Positions 45,003 to 54,418 of a stretch of DNA of 64,000 nucleotides are shown in pieces. A program made the position numbers and the translations under genes. The DNA is from an uncultured Maribacter sp. (GTDB lineage: Bacteria; Bacteroidota; Bacteroidia; Flavobacteriales; Flavobacteriaceae), in the NCBI GenBank assembly GCA_964507115.1, contig CAZDOW010000001.1, forward strand, positions 20,806 to 84,805, written 5' to 3'. Below the pieces are notes generated by a model, which did no database searches, was not told the DNA's origin, and saw only the letters and a list, made by a program, of their open reading frames with translations. Positions within the stretch are counted from its first letter, which is position 1. Every line of letters starts with the position of its first letter.

Positions 45003-45845
45003 TTACGGCAACCAATTATCCTTCCCAAAATCTGGTTTTCGCTTCTCTAAAAACGCATTCCTGCCTTCCTTGGCTTCCTCGGTCATATAAGCTAAGCGGG
45101 TAGCTTCACCCGCAAATACTTGCTGACCTACCATACCATCGTCAGTAAGGTTCATAGCGAACTTGAGCATTTTTATAGATATAGGTGATTTTTCTAATAC
45201 CTCCTGCGCCCATTGGAAGGCTGTATTTTCAAGATCATCATGCGGGATTACCGCATTCACCATACCCATTTCAAATGCTTCTTGAGCGGAATAACTTCTT
45301 CCTAGGAAGAAAATCTCCCTAGCTTTTTTTTGCCCTACCATTTTTGCCAAATATGCAGATCCATATCCTCCGTCAAAACTGGTGACATCAGCATCGGTCT
45401 GTTTAAAAATAGCATGCTCCTTGCTAGCTAAAGTTATATCACAAACGACATGAAGGCTATGCCCTCCACCAACAGCCCATCCCGGAACCACTGCTATGAC
45501 AACTTTTGGCATAAACCGGATCATACGTTGCACTTCTAGAATATTCAAGCGGTGTTGTCCATCCTGACCAACGTATCCTTTCTCTCCTCTAGCTTTTTGA
45601 TCTCCACCACTGCAAAAAGACCATATTCCGTCTTTGGTAGAGGGACCTTCCGCTGATAACAATACCACACCTATTGACGTATCCTCTTGGGCATCATAAA
45701 ATGCTTTTATGAGTTCACTGGTAGTATTTGGCCTAAAGGCATTTCGCACATCAGGCCTATTAAAAGCAATACGGGCAACTCCATCACATTTGGTATAGGT
45801 AATATCATCGAACTCAGTGGCGGTTTTCCAGATTGGACTTTTCAT
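45003..45845 (-). CDS. menB: 1,4-dihydroxy-2-naphthoyl-CoA synthase
   Basis: Crotonase fold with MenB-specific stretches: ITYTKCDGVARIAFNRPDVRNAFRP, FCSGGDQ, VVPGWAVGGGH and a C-terminal ...FLEKRKPDF. Confidence 0.9.
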   Translation of the reverse strand: MKSPIWKTATEFDDITYTKCDGVARIAFNRPDVRNAFRPNTTSELIKAFYDAQEDTSIGVVLLSAEGPSTKDGIWSFCSGGDQKARGEKGYVGQDGQHRLNILEVQRMIRFMPKVVIAVVPGWAVGGGHSLHVVCDITLASKEHAIFKQTDADVTSFDGGYGSAYLAKMVGQKKAREIFFLGRSYSAQEAFEMGMVNAVIPHDDLENTAFQWAQEVLEKSPISIKMLKFAMNLTDDGMVGQQVFAGEATRLAYMTEEAKEGRNAFLEKRKPDFGKDNWLP

Positions 45846-46229
45846 CTATATATATTTTGTTGTTTTCAATTTGTTTGATCTACTTACGAATAAAAGTTAA
45901 CTTAGTTTCAGCAGCATAGAGCATGACTAATTTTTGTAAAAATATTTATTGACAGTTTGAGAAAAAATCATCGAATTGAGAACGTCAATTTTTAAATTTA
46001 CCTTGTATTACACATCTATGTAATACACCTTTGCAGTACATCCGTAACAAAAATAAGACTCTGTTGGGAATAATAAGAAAATTGTTTCTTGTATTCCATT
46101 CCTAGCCGGAAGGAATTAGCCAGTAATTACAGATGCTAACAACGGTATGTATTCCGCAATAAGTTCTTAACTATAGGAGTTTAGAAATTTATATGGAAAG
46201 TGCTTATTAAATTAAAAGCTCCTTATTGG

Positions 46230-47855
46230 CTATTCTCCGGTGACCCTAAAAATCCATGTTTTCTCTTGGTATTTACCTCCAAATTTAGAATCTCGCGCTT
46301 TTCTTGCTTCGTCTATGGAATTGTACCGTGCCAAATACACATAATTATACTTGTTAGAGTCACGATAAAAGGACTTAGGTTCAATCCCCTTCTTTGTTAA
46401 ATCCGTTTTGAAAATTTCAAAATAACGTTTTGTACCAAAAACATTTGCTATTAGGTAGTACCCTGGTTCTAAAGAGCCTTGTTTAGTTACTTCTTCATAG
46501 CGTTCGCCCGCTTTAGGTTTTACCACCTCATTTTTCAATGCTAAGCGTTCGGCCTCTATTTTTGCATTGGCTACTTCTGTTAAGGAATCCTTTTCTCTTT
46601 GAAGCTCCAGCACAATAGCCTCCTCCCGTGATTTATTGATTGCAGTAATAGAATCTTGTCGCTGTTGTTTTTTTAAGGTAATCATTGCCTGAAAGGCAAG
46701 GGCCTCTTCAGCGCGACTAATGGAGTCTGCTTTTCGTCTAAGATCTCTTTTCGATAACTTAACTGTTGCAACTGAGGTCTTGCCAGACTGTCTTACAGAA
46801 TCCTTAAATTGAGTCGCTCTTTCTTTTTCTAATTGTTCTTCCGCCTTTCTTTCCTCCTTGGCAGCAAGCTCTTCAGATTTTTCTAATTCTTCTTGTAGCG
46901 CATTCTCCTTTTCTTCTTGCTCGGCTAATAGCTGCTCTTCTAATTCTTCAGGCTTGCTTAAGTTTCCAAATCGGTAGGAAGTTACCAACTCAAAAGTAGG
47001 ATCGGTATTTTTCAACTCCGGGCTTGTCCCTATCTCTACCAATGCACCTACTGAGAAACGCTTTAAGAAACGTCCGCCAACACCTCCAGAAACACCGTAA
47101 AAACTATTATAACCTGCCTGTGCCCAAAATTTTTGAGTGCTCAAAATAGAGTTGAAACCATATTGGGTATCAAAACCAGGTATAGACTTGAAGTAAACCC
47201 CTGGGCGTAAATAAGAATTACCATCCAAATTCAAAATACTCATTGGAATATCATAACTGGCAAGTCCAAAAAACATCCGGTCAGACGGACTAGAATTTCG
47301 CTCGCTCGTAGTTAGGTTATAATCGAACATATTTTCGGAAACAAAACCGATGTTAAATTTATCTACTCTTAGGTTAATTCCTGGGGCCAATTGCAACACC
47401 ATATCTTTCGGTGGAGTCATTTGTATAGGATTGGGTTGAAAAAAACGCTCATCAGCCAATTTCTGCTGAAAGACAAAAAGATTCAAACCTATTCCTAATC
47501 TTACTTTTGGGCTAAAATCAATAGCATAGGCATAGTTTAGTGTGCCACCAGTGTTTAGAAAGATTCCAGTATTATTCTGAAAAAATGCCCCACCTATTGC
47601 GGATGCTTCGTTTAATTTATGCGTATAGTTGAAGAAAAGAGAGGTAGGGTCCGCATCGAACGTTTGCCATTGCCATCGTGCCCAAAGTGCCGCTGAAGGC
47701 GCATTATTTCTGTCTAAAGCATATGCAGGGTTTACAAGGCTGGAGTTATACTCAGTAATGTTTTGTTGTCTGAAATCGTTAGGTAAGTTTGCCGTTTGCG
47801 CCCTTGCACCAAAAACTACAAAACCGATAAGAAGTGCCCCACAAAAATTTCTCAT
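46230..47855 (-). CDS. PorP/SprF-family T9SS outer-membrane protein fused to an E/K-rich linker and a C-terminal SPOR-like domain
   Basis: PorP/SprF start (FRQQNITEYNSSLVNPAYA...WARWQWQ), with the barrel running to about track residue 320. The charged coiled-coil-like linker is at nt 46467-46964. The SPOR-like part is at 46239-46466 (GYYLIANVFGTKRYFEIFKTDLTKKGIEPKSFYRDSNKYNYVYLARYNSIDEARKARD). ATG 47855 gives signal MRNFCGALLIGFVVFGARAQ. Confidence 0.75.
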   Translation of the reverse strand: MRNFCGALLIGFVVFGARAQTANLPNDFRQQNITEYNSSLVNPAYALDRNNAPSAALWARWQWQTFDADPTSLFFNYTHKLNEASAIGGAFFQNNTGIFLNTGGTLNYAYAIDFSPKVRLGIGLNLFVFQQKLADERFFQPNPIQMTPPKDMVLQLAPGINLRVDKFNIGFVSENMFDYNLTTSERNSSPSDRMFFGLASYDIPMSILNLDGNSYLRPGVYFKSIPGFDTQYGFNSILSTQKFWAQAGYNSFYGVSGGVGGRFLKRFSVGALVEIGTSPELKNTDPTFELVTSYRFGNLSKPEELEEQLLAEQEEKENALQEELEKSEELAAKEERKAEEQLEKERATQFKDSVRQSGKTSVATVKLSKRDLRRKADSISRAEEALAFQAMITLKKQQRQDSITAINKSREEAIVLELQREKDSLTEVANAKIEAERLALKNEVVKPKAGERYEEVTKQGSLEPGYYLIANVFGTKRYFEIFKTDLTKKGIEPKSFYRDSNKYNYVYLARYNSIDEARKARDSKFGGKYQEKTWIFRVTGE

Positions 47856-47939
47856 ATGCAAAAAAACAAAAAATAGACTATTGAACGTAATTTTTTCGAG
47901 TATTTTTAGTTTTATACTCACCAAAACAATAGTACGTAA

Positions 47940-48482
47940 ATGAAATTTCTAAAGCTAATCTTACTTACTGGATTTATTATTCTGCAATCTTGTAAAGAAG
48001 AGCAACCCGTAACCGAAATTAATGTAGACAGTGGTATTACTACCTTTTATTTCATCCGGCATGCAGAAAAGGACAGAAGCAACCCGGAAAATAAAGACCC
48101 AGAATTGAGTCAAAAAGGATTGGGTCGTGCCATGCATTGGGCAGAAATATTTAAAGAGGCCAACATTGACGCTATTTACTCTACGGATTATGCCAGAACC
48201 TCAATGACAGCAGCACCTACATCAGTTAAAAATAATTTAGATGTGCAATATTATGATCCACGCTCATTGGATATTGAACAGCTTAAAACAGATAACTTAG
48301 ACAAAAATATTCTCGTAGTTGGCCATAGTAACACCACCCCTCAAATGGTAAATCTCCTGCTGGGTGATGATAAGTACCAAACCATAGACGATAGTGAAAA
48401 CGGCACTCTATTTATTGTTAAAATTGTTAATGGCGTAGCTACCGACTCCAGATTGGTCTTTAATTGTAATTGCCCGGACTAA
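47940..48482 (+). CDS. Histidine phosphatase family protein (SixA / phosphoglycerate-mutase-like), lipoprotein
   Basis: RHAEK (RHG-type) motif and downstream VVGHSNT. Signal ends in Cys. Confidence 0.75.
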   Translation: MKFLKLILLTGFIILQSCKEEQPVTEINVDSGITTFYFIRHAEKDRSNPENKDPELSQKGLGRAMHWAEIFKEANIDAIYSTDYARTSMTAAPTSVKNNLDVQYYDPRSLDIEQLKTDNLDKNILVVGHSNTTPQMVNLLLGDDKYQTIDDSENGTLFIVKIVNGVATDSRLVFNCNCPD

Positions 48483-49209
48483 CTAGTATGTTTTCTAGTT
48501 TAATTTCCGATAACAGTTCCAAGGCATTGCTTTGGTATAGACTATCTATGCTGTAGATAGAATGATTTAATTGTGGATTTTTATAATTCTTATAGTCTAC
48601 AAAGCGAATACCTCCTACGACCCGCTCGTTAAACGCTTTTCTAAACCGCTGACCACCTCCGTTTATGTGAAATTCATAGGCTAAATAGTCTGGCTTAAAG
48701 GTTTTGGTATTGAACCAATACACATAGATATCATCATAATCATCTCCACCTCCTTTTTGATCGAAAGTTACTTCAATCTTGTAATATTCAGTTGAATCGA
48801 TAGTTACCATACCCAAAAACTTTTTGTTTACTGCTGCATCATGCAAGCCATAAGGGAGTAACGCAAAATAATGCACTGAGTTTACGGAGTTGGTATACAC
48901 ATTTGCCAAAGAATCTGACAAGGTTACTATAGTATCGTTCACAAAACGTTGAAAACCTTTGGGACTCTTTACATCTATTATTCGCGCGGAATCATTTTGA
49001 AAACTTCTATTCATCGTTCTTTCATTTCCACTTAACTCTGAACTATAGTCAATATCTCTAAATCGAAAAGAAATATCCATTTCGTTGTAATTTTCTCCGC
49101 CGCTAGCAGCAATACTTTTATCTATAACTTCTTTTACGCTAGGTTCTCTTGCTTTTTCATTACAAGCAATTACTAACAGGGTAGTAAAAATGAAATACCA
49201 TCTATTCAT
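48460..49209 (-). CDS. Hypothetical lipoprotein
   Basis: ATG 49209 gives MNRWYFIFTTLLVIAC. The ORF opens at 49251. Its 3' end overlaps the convergent phosphatase gene by 23 nt. Confidence 0.55.
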   Translation of the reverse strand: MNRWYFIFTTLLVIACNEKAREPSVKEVIDKSIAASGGENYNEMDISFRFRDIDYSSELSGNERTMNRSFQNDSARIIDVKSPKGFQRFVNDTIVTLSDSLANVYTNSVNSVHYFALLPYGLHDAAVNKKFLGMVTIDSTEYYKIEVTFDQKGGGDDYDDIYVYWFNTKTFKPDYLAYEFHINGGGQRFRKAFNERVVGGIRFVDYKNYKNPQLNHSIYSIDSLYQSNALELLSEIKLENILVSPGNYN

Positions 49210-49307
49210 GAAAACTAATTTTATACTTATTCGTAAAAGAGCATCGTTCATTACAAATGAAGTGCTTTAATTCTTTTTAAAAGACAAGCCGATTATTTAA
49301 TTGTGCT

Positions 49308-49315
49308 TATTTTTG
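49308..49315 (+). promoter_or_regulatory. -7 promoter box TATTTTTG immediately upstream of smpB
   Basis: Exact TAnnTTTG, 7 nt before ATG 49322. It lies inside the TTG-extended track ORF, which argues for the ATG start. Confidence 0.4.
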
Positions 49316-49321
49316 CTGTGT

Positions 49322-49783
49322 ATGCAAAAGAACATCAACATAAAAAATAAAAAAGCACGGTTTGAGTATGAACTGTTGGACAAGTATACGGCAGGTATTG
49401 TTCTGGGAGGTACCGAAATTAAATCTCTTAGATATGGAAGAGCTTCTATATCCGAAAGTTTTTGTGAGTTTAATGATAGAGGGGAGCTTTTTGTTATCAA
49501 CATGCAAATTGATGAATACTCCCATGCATCACACTACAACCACAAACCCAAGGCTGAACGAAAGCTTCTCTTGCAAAAAAGGGAATTGAAGAAATTATTT
49601 AAAGAAGTGAAAGCTTCCGGATTAACCATTGTACCCTTAACACTTTTTATAAACGACAGGGGATTTGCGAAAATACAAATAGCGCTTGCAAAGGGTAAAA
49701 AACTCTACGACAAACGGGAGAGTATGAAGGATATGGACAACAAACGCGATCTAGCTAGGATTAAAAAAAGTTTTAACAACTAG
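49322..49783 (+). CDS. smpB: SsrA-binding protein
   Basis: NKKARFEYELLDKYTAGIVLGGTEIKSLR, with a basic C-terminal tail. Confidence 0.9.
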   Translation: MQKNINIKNKKARFEYELLDKYTAGIVLGGTEIKSLRYGRASISESFCEFNDRGELFVINMQIDEYSHASHYNHKPKAERKLLLQKRELKKLFKEVKASGLTIVPLTLFINDRGFAKIQIALAKGKKLYDKRESMKDMDNKRDLARIKKSFNN

Positions 49784-49791
49784 GCTTTTTC

Positions 49792-50433
49792 CTAATTTTT
49801 ATCTTCCAACAAGGGCACAAACTTAAAAGAACCAAATTCTTCTTTTTTAAATTCCTTTTCGCTAGTTCTCACGTATAGGGTCATGATTTGTTCTTCAAAA
49901 CCTACAGGAATAACCAACCTACCTCCTACTTTTAATTGCGAGAGTAAGGCTTTAGGCACTTCTGGCGCGCCGGCGGTGACAATAATTCTATCAAAAGGAG
50001 CGTTTTCAGGAAGACCTTTGTATCCGTCACCAAAAATAGTTTTTTTGGGCCTGTATCCCATTTTCGCAAAAAACAGACTCGTTTTCTTAAAAAGTTCTAA
50101 TTGGCGTTCTATTGTGAAAACTTTGGACCTACACTTTAAAAGTACCGCTGTTTGATAGCCACTACCTGTACCTATTTCCAATACAGTCATAGAAGGTTCT
50201 AGCTCCAATAATTGCGTCTGAAAGGCTACTGTATAGGGTTGTGAAATGGTTTGGTTCGCGGCAATTGGAAATGCTTTATCCTGATAGGCATGTCCCTCAA
50301 AACTACTATCCATAAATAAGTGCCTTGGGATGTCCCGGATGGCATCTAACACTTTAGAATCAGTTATTCCCTTGGCTATCAATACTTGCGCTAGTTGGTT
50401 ACGCATTCCCCTATGTTTTAAGGTATCTTTCAA
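49792..50433 (-). CDS. pcm: Protein-L-isoaspartate O-methyltransferase
   Basis: QTISQPYTVA and the SAM motif VLEIGTGSGYQTAVL, then GGRLVIPVG. The first codon is TTG. The next ATG is at 50406. Confidence 0.9.
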   Translation of the reverse strand: MKDTLKHRGMRNQLAQVLIAKGITDSKVLDAIRDIPRHLFMDSSFEGHAYQDKAFPIAANQTISQPYTVAFQTQLLELEPSMTVLEIGTGSGYQTAVLLKCRSKVFTIERQLELFKKTSLFFAKMGYRPKKTIFGDGYKGLPENAPFDRIIVTAGAPEVPKALLSQLKVGGRLVIPVGFEEQIMTLYVRTSEKEFKKEEFGSFKFVPLLEDKN

Positions 50434-50555
50434 TGGTCGTTAGTTTGAAATTCAAATGTAGCAAAGTTACCTGTACGAAAGAAACACAATAAAAAAAACG
50501 TACCGAAAAAGCTGTATTTTAATAGGGCCGTTCCCTTTAATTTATAAAGTATGCT

Positions 50556-50563
50556 TATTTTTG
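50556..50563 (+). promoter_or_regulatory. -7 promoter box TATTTTTG upstream of the Gfo/Idh/MocA gene
   Basis: Exact TAnnTTTG, 15 nt upstream of ATG 50579. It overlaps the TTG (50561) used by the track ORF. Confidence 0.4.
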
Positions 50564-50578
50564 ATAAAAACGAAAATC

Positions 50579-51565
50579 ATGCTAAAAGCAGGTGTTTTAG
50601 GAGCAGGTCATCTTGGAAAAATCCATTTGCGTTTGCTTCAGGAATCCAAGAAATTTGAGTTAATCGGGTTTTATGATGCAGACATTATCATAGGTAAAAA
50701 AGTAGCCGCGGAATTCGGATATACCTACTTTGATAATATAAATGAATTAATAGCCGCTGTAGATGTTGTAGATATTGTTACGCCAACACTTTCCCATTAC
50801 GACTGTGCTAAAAAGTCCATGGAAGGCGGGAAACATGTTTTTATAGAAAAGCCCATTACCAATACATTAGAAGAGGCACAAGAACTTTTGGTATTGGAAG
50901 AAAAATTTGGAGTAAAAGGACAAGTAGGACACGTAGAACGATTTAACCCTGCCTTTACGGCTGTAAAAGATGCCATACACAAGCCAATGTTCATAGAAAC
51001 ACACCGTTTGGCAGAATTTAATCCTAGAGGAACTGATGTTCCTGTGGTGCTAGACCTCATGATTCATGATATTGATGCTATACTTAGCGTAGTTAATTCC
51101 AAAGTAAAACAGATCAATGCAAGCGGTGTTTCTGTTATTAGTAAATCCCCGGACATTGCCAATGCTCGACTGGAGTTTGAAAACGGTTGCGTAGCCAATT
51201 TGACAGCCAGCAGGATTTCTTTAAAGAATATGCGCAAATCCCGTTTTTTTCAGAAAGACGCCTATATATCGGTCGATTTTTTAGAGAAAAAAGTGGAAGT
51301 GGTAAAAATGAAGGATGCGCCTGAAAGTCCAGGAGATTTTGATATGGTACTTCAAAATGCAGAAGGAATAAAAAAACAGATTTATTTTGAAAACCCTTCA
51401 ATTTCTGCGAATAATGCCATTTTGGATGAACTGGAAGCATTTGCGGATGCAATACAAAATGATACGGTACCTGTAGTATCTTTAAAACAAGGTACGCAAG
51501 CTTTGGAAGTAGCTTTACGAATCATTGCTTCTTTTGACGAAAATAAAATAAAGATAAATGAATAA
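50579..51565 (+). CDS. Gfo/Idh/MocA family oxidoreductase
   Basis: N-terminal Rossmann GVLGAGHLGKIH and the EKP motif (HVFIEKP). Confidence 0.85.
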   Translation: MLKAGVLGAGHLGKIHLRLLQESKKFELIGFYDADIIIGKKVAAEFGYTYFDNINELIAAVDVVDIVTPTLSHYDCAKKSMEGGKHVFIEKPITNTLEEAQELLVLEEKFGVKGQVGHVERFNPAFTAVKDAIHKPMFIETHRLAEFNPRGTDVPVVLDLMIHDIDAILSVVNSKVKQINASGVSVISKSPDIANARLEFENGCVANLTASRISLKNMRKSRFFQKDAYISVDFLEKKVEVVKMKDAPESPGDFDMVLQNAEGIKKQIYFENPSISANNAILDELEAFADAIQNDTVPVVSLKQGTQALEVALRIIASFDENKIKINE

Positions 51566-52451
51566 TATAGCAGTAATTGGGGCCGGCACCATGGGTAACG
51601 GTATTGCACACGTTTTTGCACAGGCGGGTTTCAATGTTAATTTAATCGATGTTTCAAAAGAATCATTGGATAAAGGTCTTGCTACCATTTCCAAGAATTT
51701 AGATAGAATGCTGTCTAAAGAAAAGATAACAGAAGAGGAAAAGACAAACACCTTGTCCAATATCAGCTTGTTTTCTAATCTAAAAGAAGGTCTTACACAG
51801 ACCGATCTTGTGGTGGAAGCTGCTACTGAAAACGTAAACCTTAAACTGAATATTTTTAAGGATTTAGATGCGCTTTGTGACCCGGAGACTATTTTAGCTA
51901 CAAATACCTCTTCTATATCCATTACCAAAATCGCTGCAGCAACGTCACGACCGGGAAAAGTAATAGGAATGCACTTTATGAATCCCGTACCTATTATGCA
52001 GTTGGTGGAAATTATAAGGGGCTACAGCACATCGGATGAAACTACCGCTACCATTATGGAACTTTCCAAAACATTAGGAAAAACGCCAACGGAGGTTAAT
52101 GATTATCCCGGTTTTGTAGCCAATCGTATTTTAATGCCTATGATTAATGAAGCCATAGAAACGCTTCATCACGGAGTGGCCGGAGTTGAAGAAATAGATA
52201 CGGTAATGAAATTAGGAATGGCACATCCTATGGGACCGTTGCAACTAGCAGATTTTATTGGCTTGGACGTATGTCTTTCTATATTAAATGTGATGTATAC
52301 TGGTTTCAAAAATCCAAAATATGCCCCTTCGCCCTTGCTAGTTAACATGGTAACGGCAGGTAAGTTTGGTATTAAATCTGGTGAAGGATTCTATGACTAT
52401 ACCAATAATAGAAAGGCGGAAATAGTTTCCAAACAGTTTGTAAACGGATAA
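51558..52451 (+). CDS. hbd: 3-hydroxyacyl-CoA / 3-hydroxybutyryl-CoA dehydrogenase
   Basis: IAVIGAGTMGNGIAHV, NTSS, HFMNPVP, GFVANRIL and a C-terminal dimerisation domain ending GIKSGEGFYDY. Confidence 0.85.
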   Translation: MNNIAVIGAGTMGNGIAHVFAQAGFNVNLIDVSKESLDKGLATISKNLDRMLSKEKITEEEKTNTLSNISLFSNLKEGLTQTDLVVEAATENVNLKLNIFKDLDALCDPETILATNTSSISITKIAAATSRPGKVIGMHFMNPVPIMQLVEIIRGYSTSDETTATIMELSKTLGKTPTEVNDYPGFVANRILMPMINEAIETLHHGVAGVEEIDTVMKLGMAHPMGPLQLADFIGLDVCLSILNVMYTGFKNPKYAPSPLLVNMVTAGKFGIKSGEGFYDYTNNRKAEIVSKQFVNG

Positions 52452-53681
52452 ATGGCGACGGTAAAACCTTTCAGGGCTATTAGACCAACGAAGGACAAAG
52501 CCCCTTTTGTGGTCTCCCGTTCCTACCAATCTTATTCTAAAAAGGAGCTGAATGCAAATTTGGAATTTAATCCCTTTTCCTTTTTGCATATCATCAATCC
52601 AGGCTATAAATTCTATAAACAGGTATCTGGAAATAAACGTTTTTCTTTAGTAAGAAACAGGTATCTAGAATTTTTGGAAGATGATATTTTAAAAAAGGAT
52701 ATGCAACCCGGGTTTTATTTATATCAAATTGAACAGGACGATTTAACATGCTGTGGGCTTTTTTGTGCTACATCAGTAGCCGATTATAGGAACAACATTA
52801 TCCAAAAGCATGAGGATACTATAAAAAGGAGGGAAACTCTATTTGCCAATTATCTTAAAACCGTCAAATTTAATGCGGAACCTGTTTTAATGACCTACGC
52901 GGATAATTCCGAGATAAAAGCTCTTTTAGATACTGAAAAAAGTAAAGTTCCGGCCTATCACTTTACAACTACAGACAAGGTTTCACACAAACTTTGGGTC
53001 ATTTCGGATGAAATGGTAACCAAGAACATACAAAATAGATTTGCTAATGTAGGTAAGCTTTACATTGCTGATGGGCATCACAGAAGTGCTTCTTCCAATT
53101 TATTGTCCAATATGTTTAAAACCCAAGGTGCATTAGAAGAAAAGTCTTCCGACTATTTTATGAGTTATCTGATTCCCGAATCGGAAATACGCATCTATGA
53201 GTTTAATCGCATGGTAAAAGACCTGAATGGTTTAAGTAAAGAAGAGTTTTTAATTCAATTAGACACCTATTTTAGAATAGAAAATAAAGGAAACGTACTA
53301 TACAAACCTACCAAAAAACATCATTTTAGTATGTACTTGGACGGAGAATTCTATTCGCTGTACTTGAGAAAAACGGTATATGATTTTTCGGATGCCTTGA
53401 GCGAATTGGATACCCAAATATTATATACTACCGTTTTACATCCAATTTTAGGTATATCCGACTTGCGAAACGACAAACGAATTTCCTATGGTTCTGGTAA
53501 ACATAACATCATCCGAATGAAAAACGAAATCGATACTCAGCAATACATCGTAGGTTTTAGTATGTTACCGATAAGTATTTCTGAAATAAAAAAGATTGCC
53601 GATGCCGGCTTGGTTATGCCTCCAAAAACCACATATATAGAGCCGAAACTAAGAAGTGGTATGGCTATTTACGAACTTTGA
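52452..53681 (+). CDS. DUF1015 domain-containing protein
   Basis: N-terminal MATVKPFRAIRP and central ADGHHR motif, as I recall for DUF1015. The ATG directly abuts the hbd stop (TAAATG). Confidence 0.7.
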   Translation: MATVKPFRAIRPTKDKAPFVVSRSYQSYSKKELNANLEFNPFSFLHIINPGYKFYKQVSGNKRFSLVRNRYLEFLEDDILKKDMQPGFYLYQIEQDDLTCCGLFCATSVADYRNNIIQKHEDTIKRRETLFANYLKTVKFNAEPVLMTYADNSEIKALLDTEKSKVPAYHFTTTDKVSHKLWVISDEMVTKNIQNRFANVGKLYIADGHHRSASSNLLSNMFKTQGALEEKSSDYFMSYLIPESEIRIYEFNRMVKDLNGLSKEEFLIQLDTYFRIENKGNVLYKPTKKHHFSMYLDGEFYSLYLRKTVYDFSDALSELDTQILYTTVLHPILGISDLRNDKRISYGSGKHNIIRMKNEIDTQQYIVGFSMLPISISEIKKIADAGLVMPPKTTYIEPKLRSGMAIYEL

Positions 53682-53711
53682 ATTTCCTAATTATAGTTTA
53701 TAATTTTATTT

Positions 53712-54371
53712 ATGTCCATAAAGAAGAATTTAGCACAAATACGTGAATCCATTCAGGAAGAGGTTACGCTGGTAGCAGTTTCTAAGACAAAACCTGTTTC
53801 TGATTTACAAGAGGCATATGATGCTGGTCAACGGATATTTGGAGAGAATAAAATTCAGGAAATGACCCAGAAATGGGAAGTACTACCTAAAGACATCCAA
53901 TGGCACATGATTGGTAATGTACAAAGGAACAAGGTCAAATACATGGCAGAGTACGTGGACCTTATCCATGGGGTGGATAGTTTAAAGTTGTTAAAAGAAA
54001 TTGATAAGCAAGCTAAAAAACACGAGCGTTGTATTTCCTGTCTTTTACAAGTTCATATTGCTGAGGAAGACACCAAGTTTGGTTTTAATAAGGAAGAGCT
54101 TCTAGCATTAATCCAAGACTCGGATTTCTCTACGTTAGAAAATATAAAGATTAAAGGGTTAATGGGTATGGCTACTTTTACAGAAAACAAGTCTCAAATA
54201 CGGAAGGAATTCAAAACCTTAAAATCACTTTTTGAAATACTCAAATCTAACTTACCGACTATCGAGGTACTTTCCATGGGTATGAGCGGTGATTATCCAA
54301 TAGCGGTTGAAGAAGGTAGTAGTATGGTGCGTATAGGAAGTAGTATCTTTGGAGCAAGAAACTTCAAGTAA
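53712..54371 (+). CDS. yggS: YggS family pyridoxal-phosphate homeostasis protein
   Basis: VTLVAVSKTKP (PLP Lys), FGENKIQE, WHMIG.(V/L)Q.NK, SMGMSGDY and VRIGS.IFG. Confidence 0.9.
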   Translation: MSIKKNLAQIRESIQEEVTLVAVSKTKPVSDLQEAYDAGQRIFGENKIQEMTQKWEVLPKDIQWHMIGNVQRNKVKYMAEYVDLIHGVDSLKLLKEIDKQAKKHERCISCLLQVHIAEEDTKFGFNKEELLALIQDSDFSTLENIKIKGLMGMATFTENKSQIRKEFKTLKSLFEILKSNLPTIEVLSMGMSGDYPIAVEEGSSMVRIGSSIFGARNFK

Positions 54372-54418
54372 TCTTTACAAGAATAACCCAATTTAGAATA
54401 TAACACAGAGAAAGGACG

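Noticed and set aside
49301-50578. TTG-initiated 5' extensions given by the ORF track for smpB (49301) and the Gfo/Idh/MocA gene (50561).
   Set aside because: Consensus -7 promoter boxes lie inside or across the extensions. The downstream ATGs give canonical N-termini (MQKNINIKNKKARFEY... and MLKAGVLGAGHLGK...).
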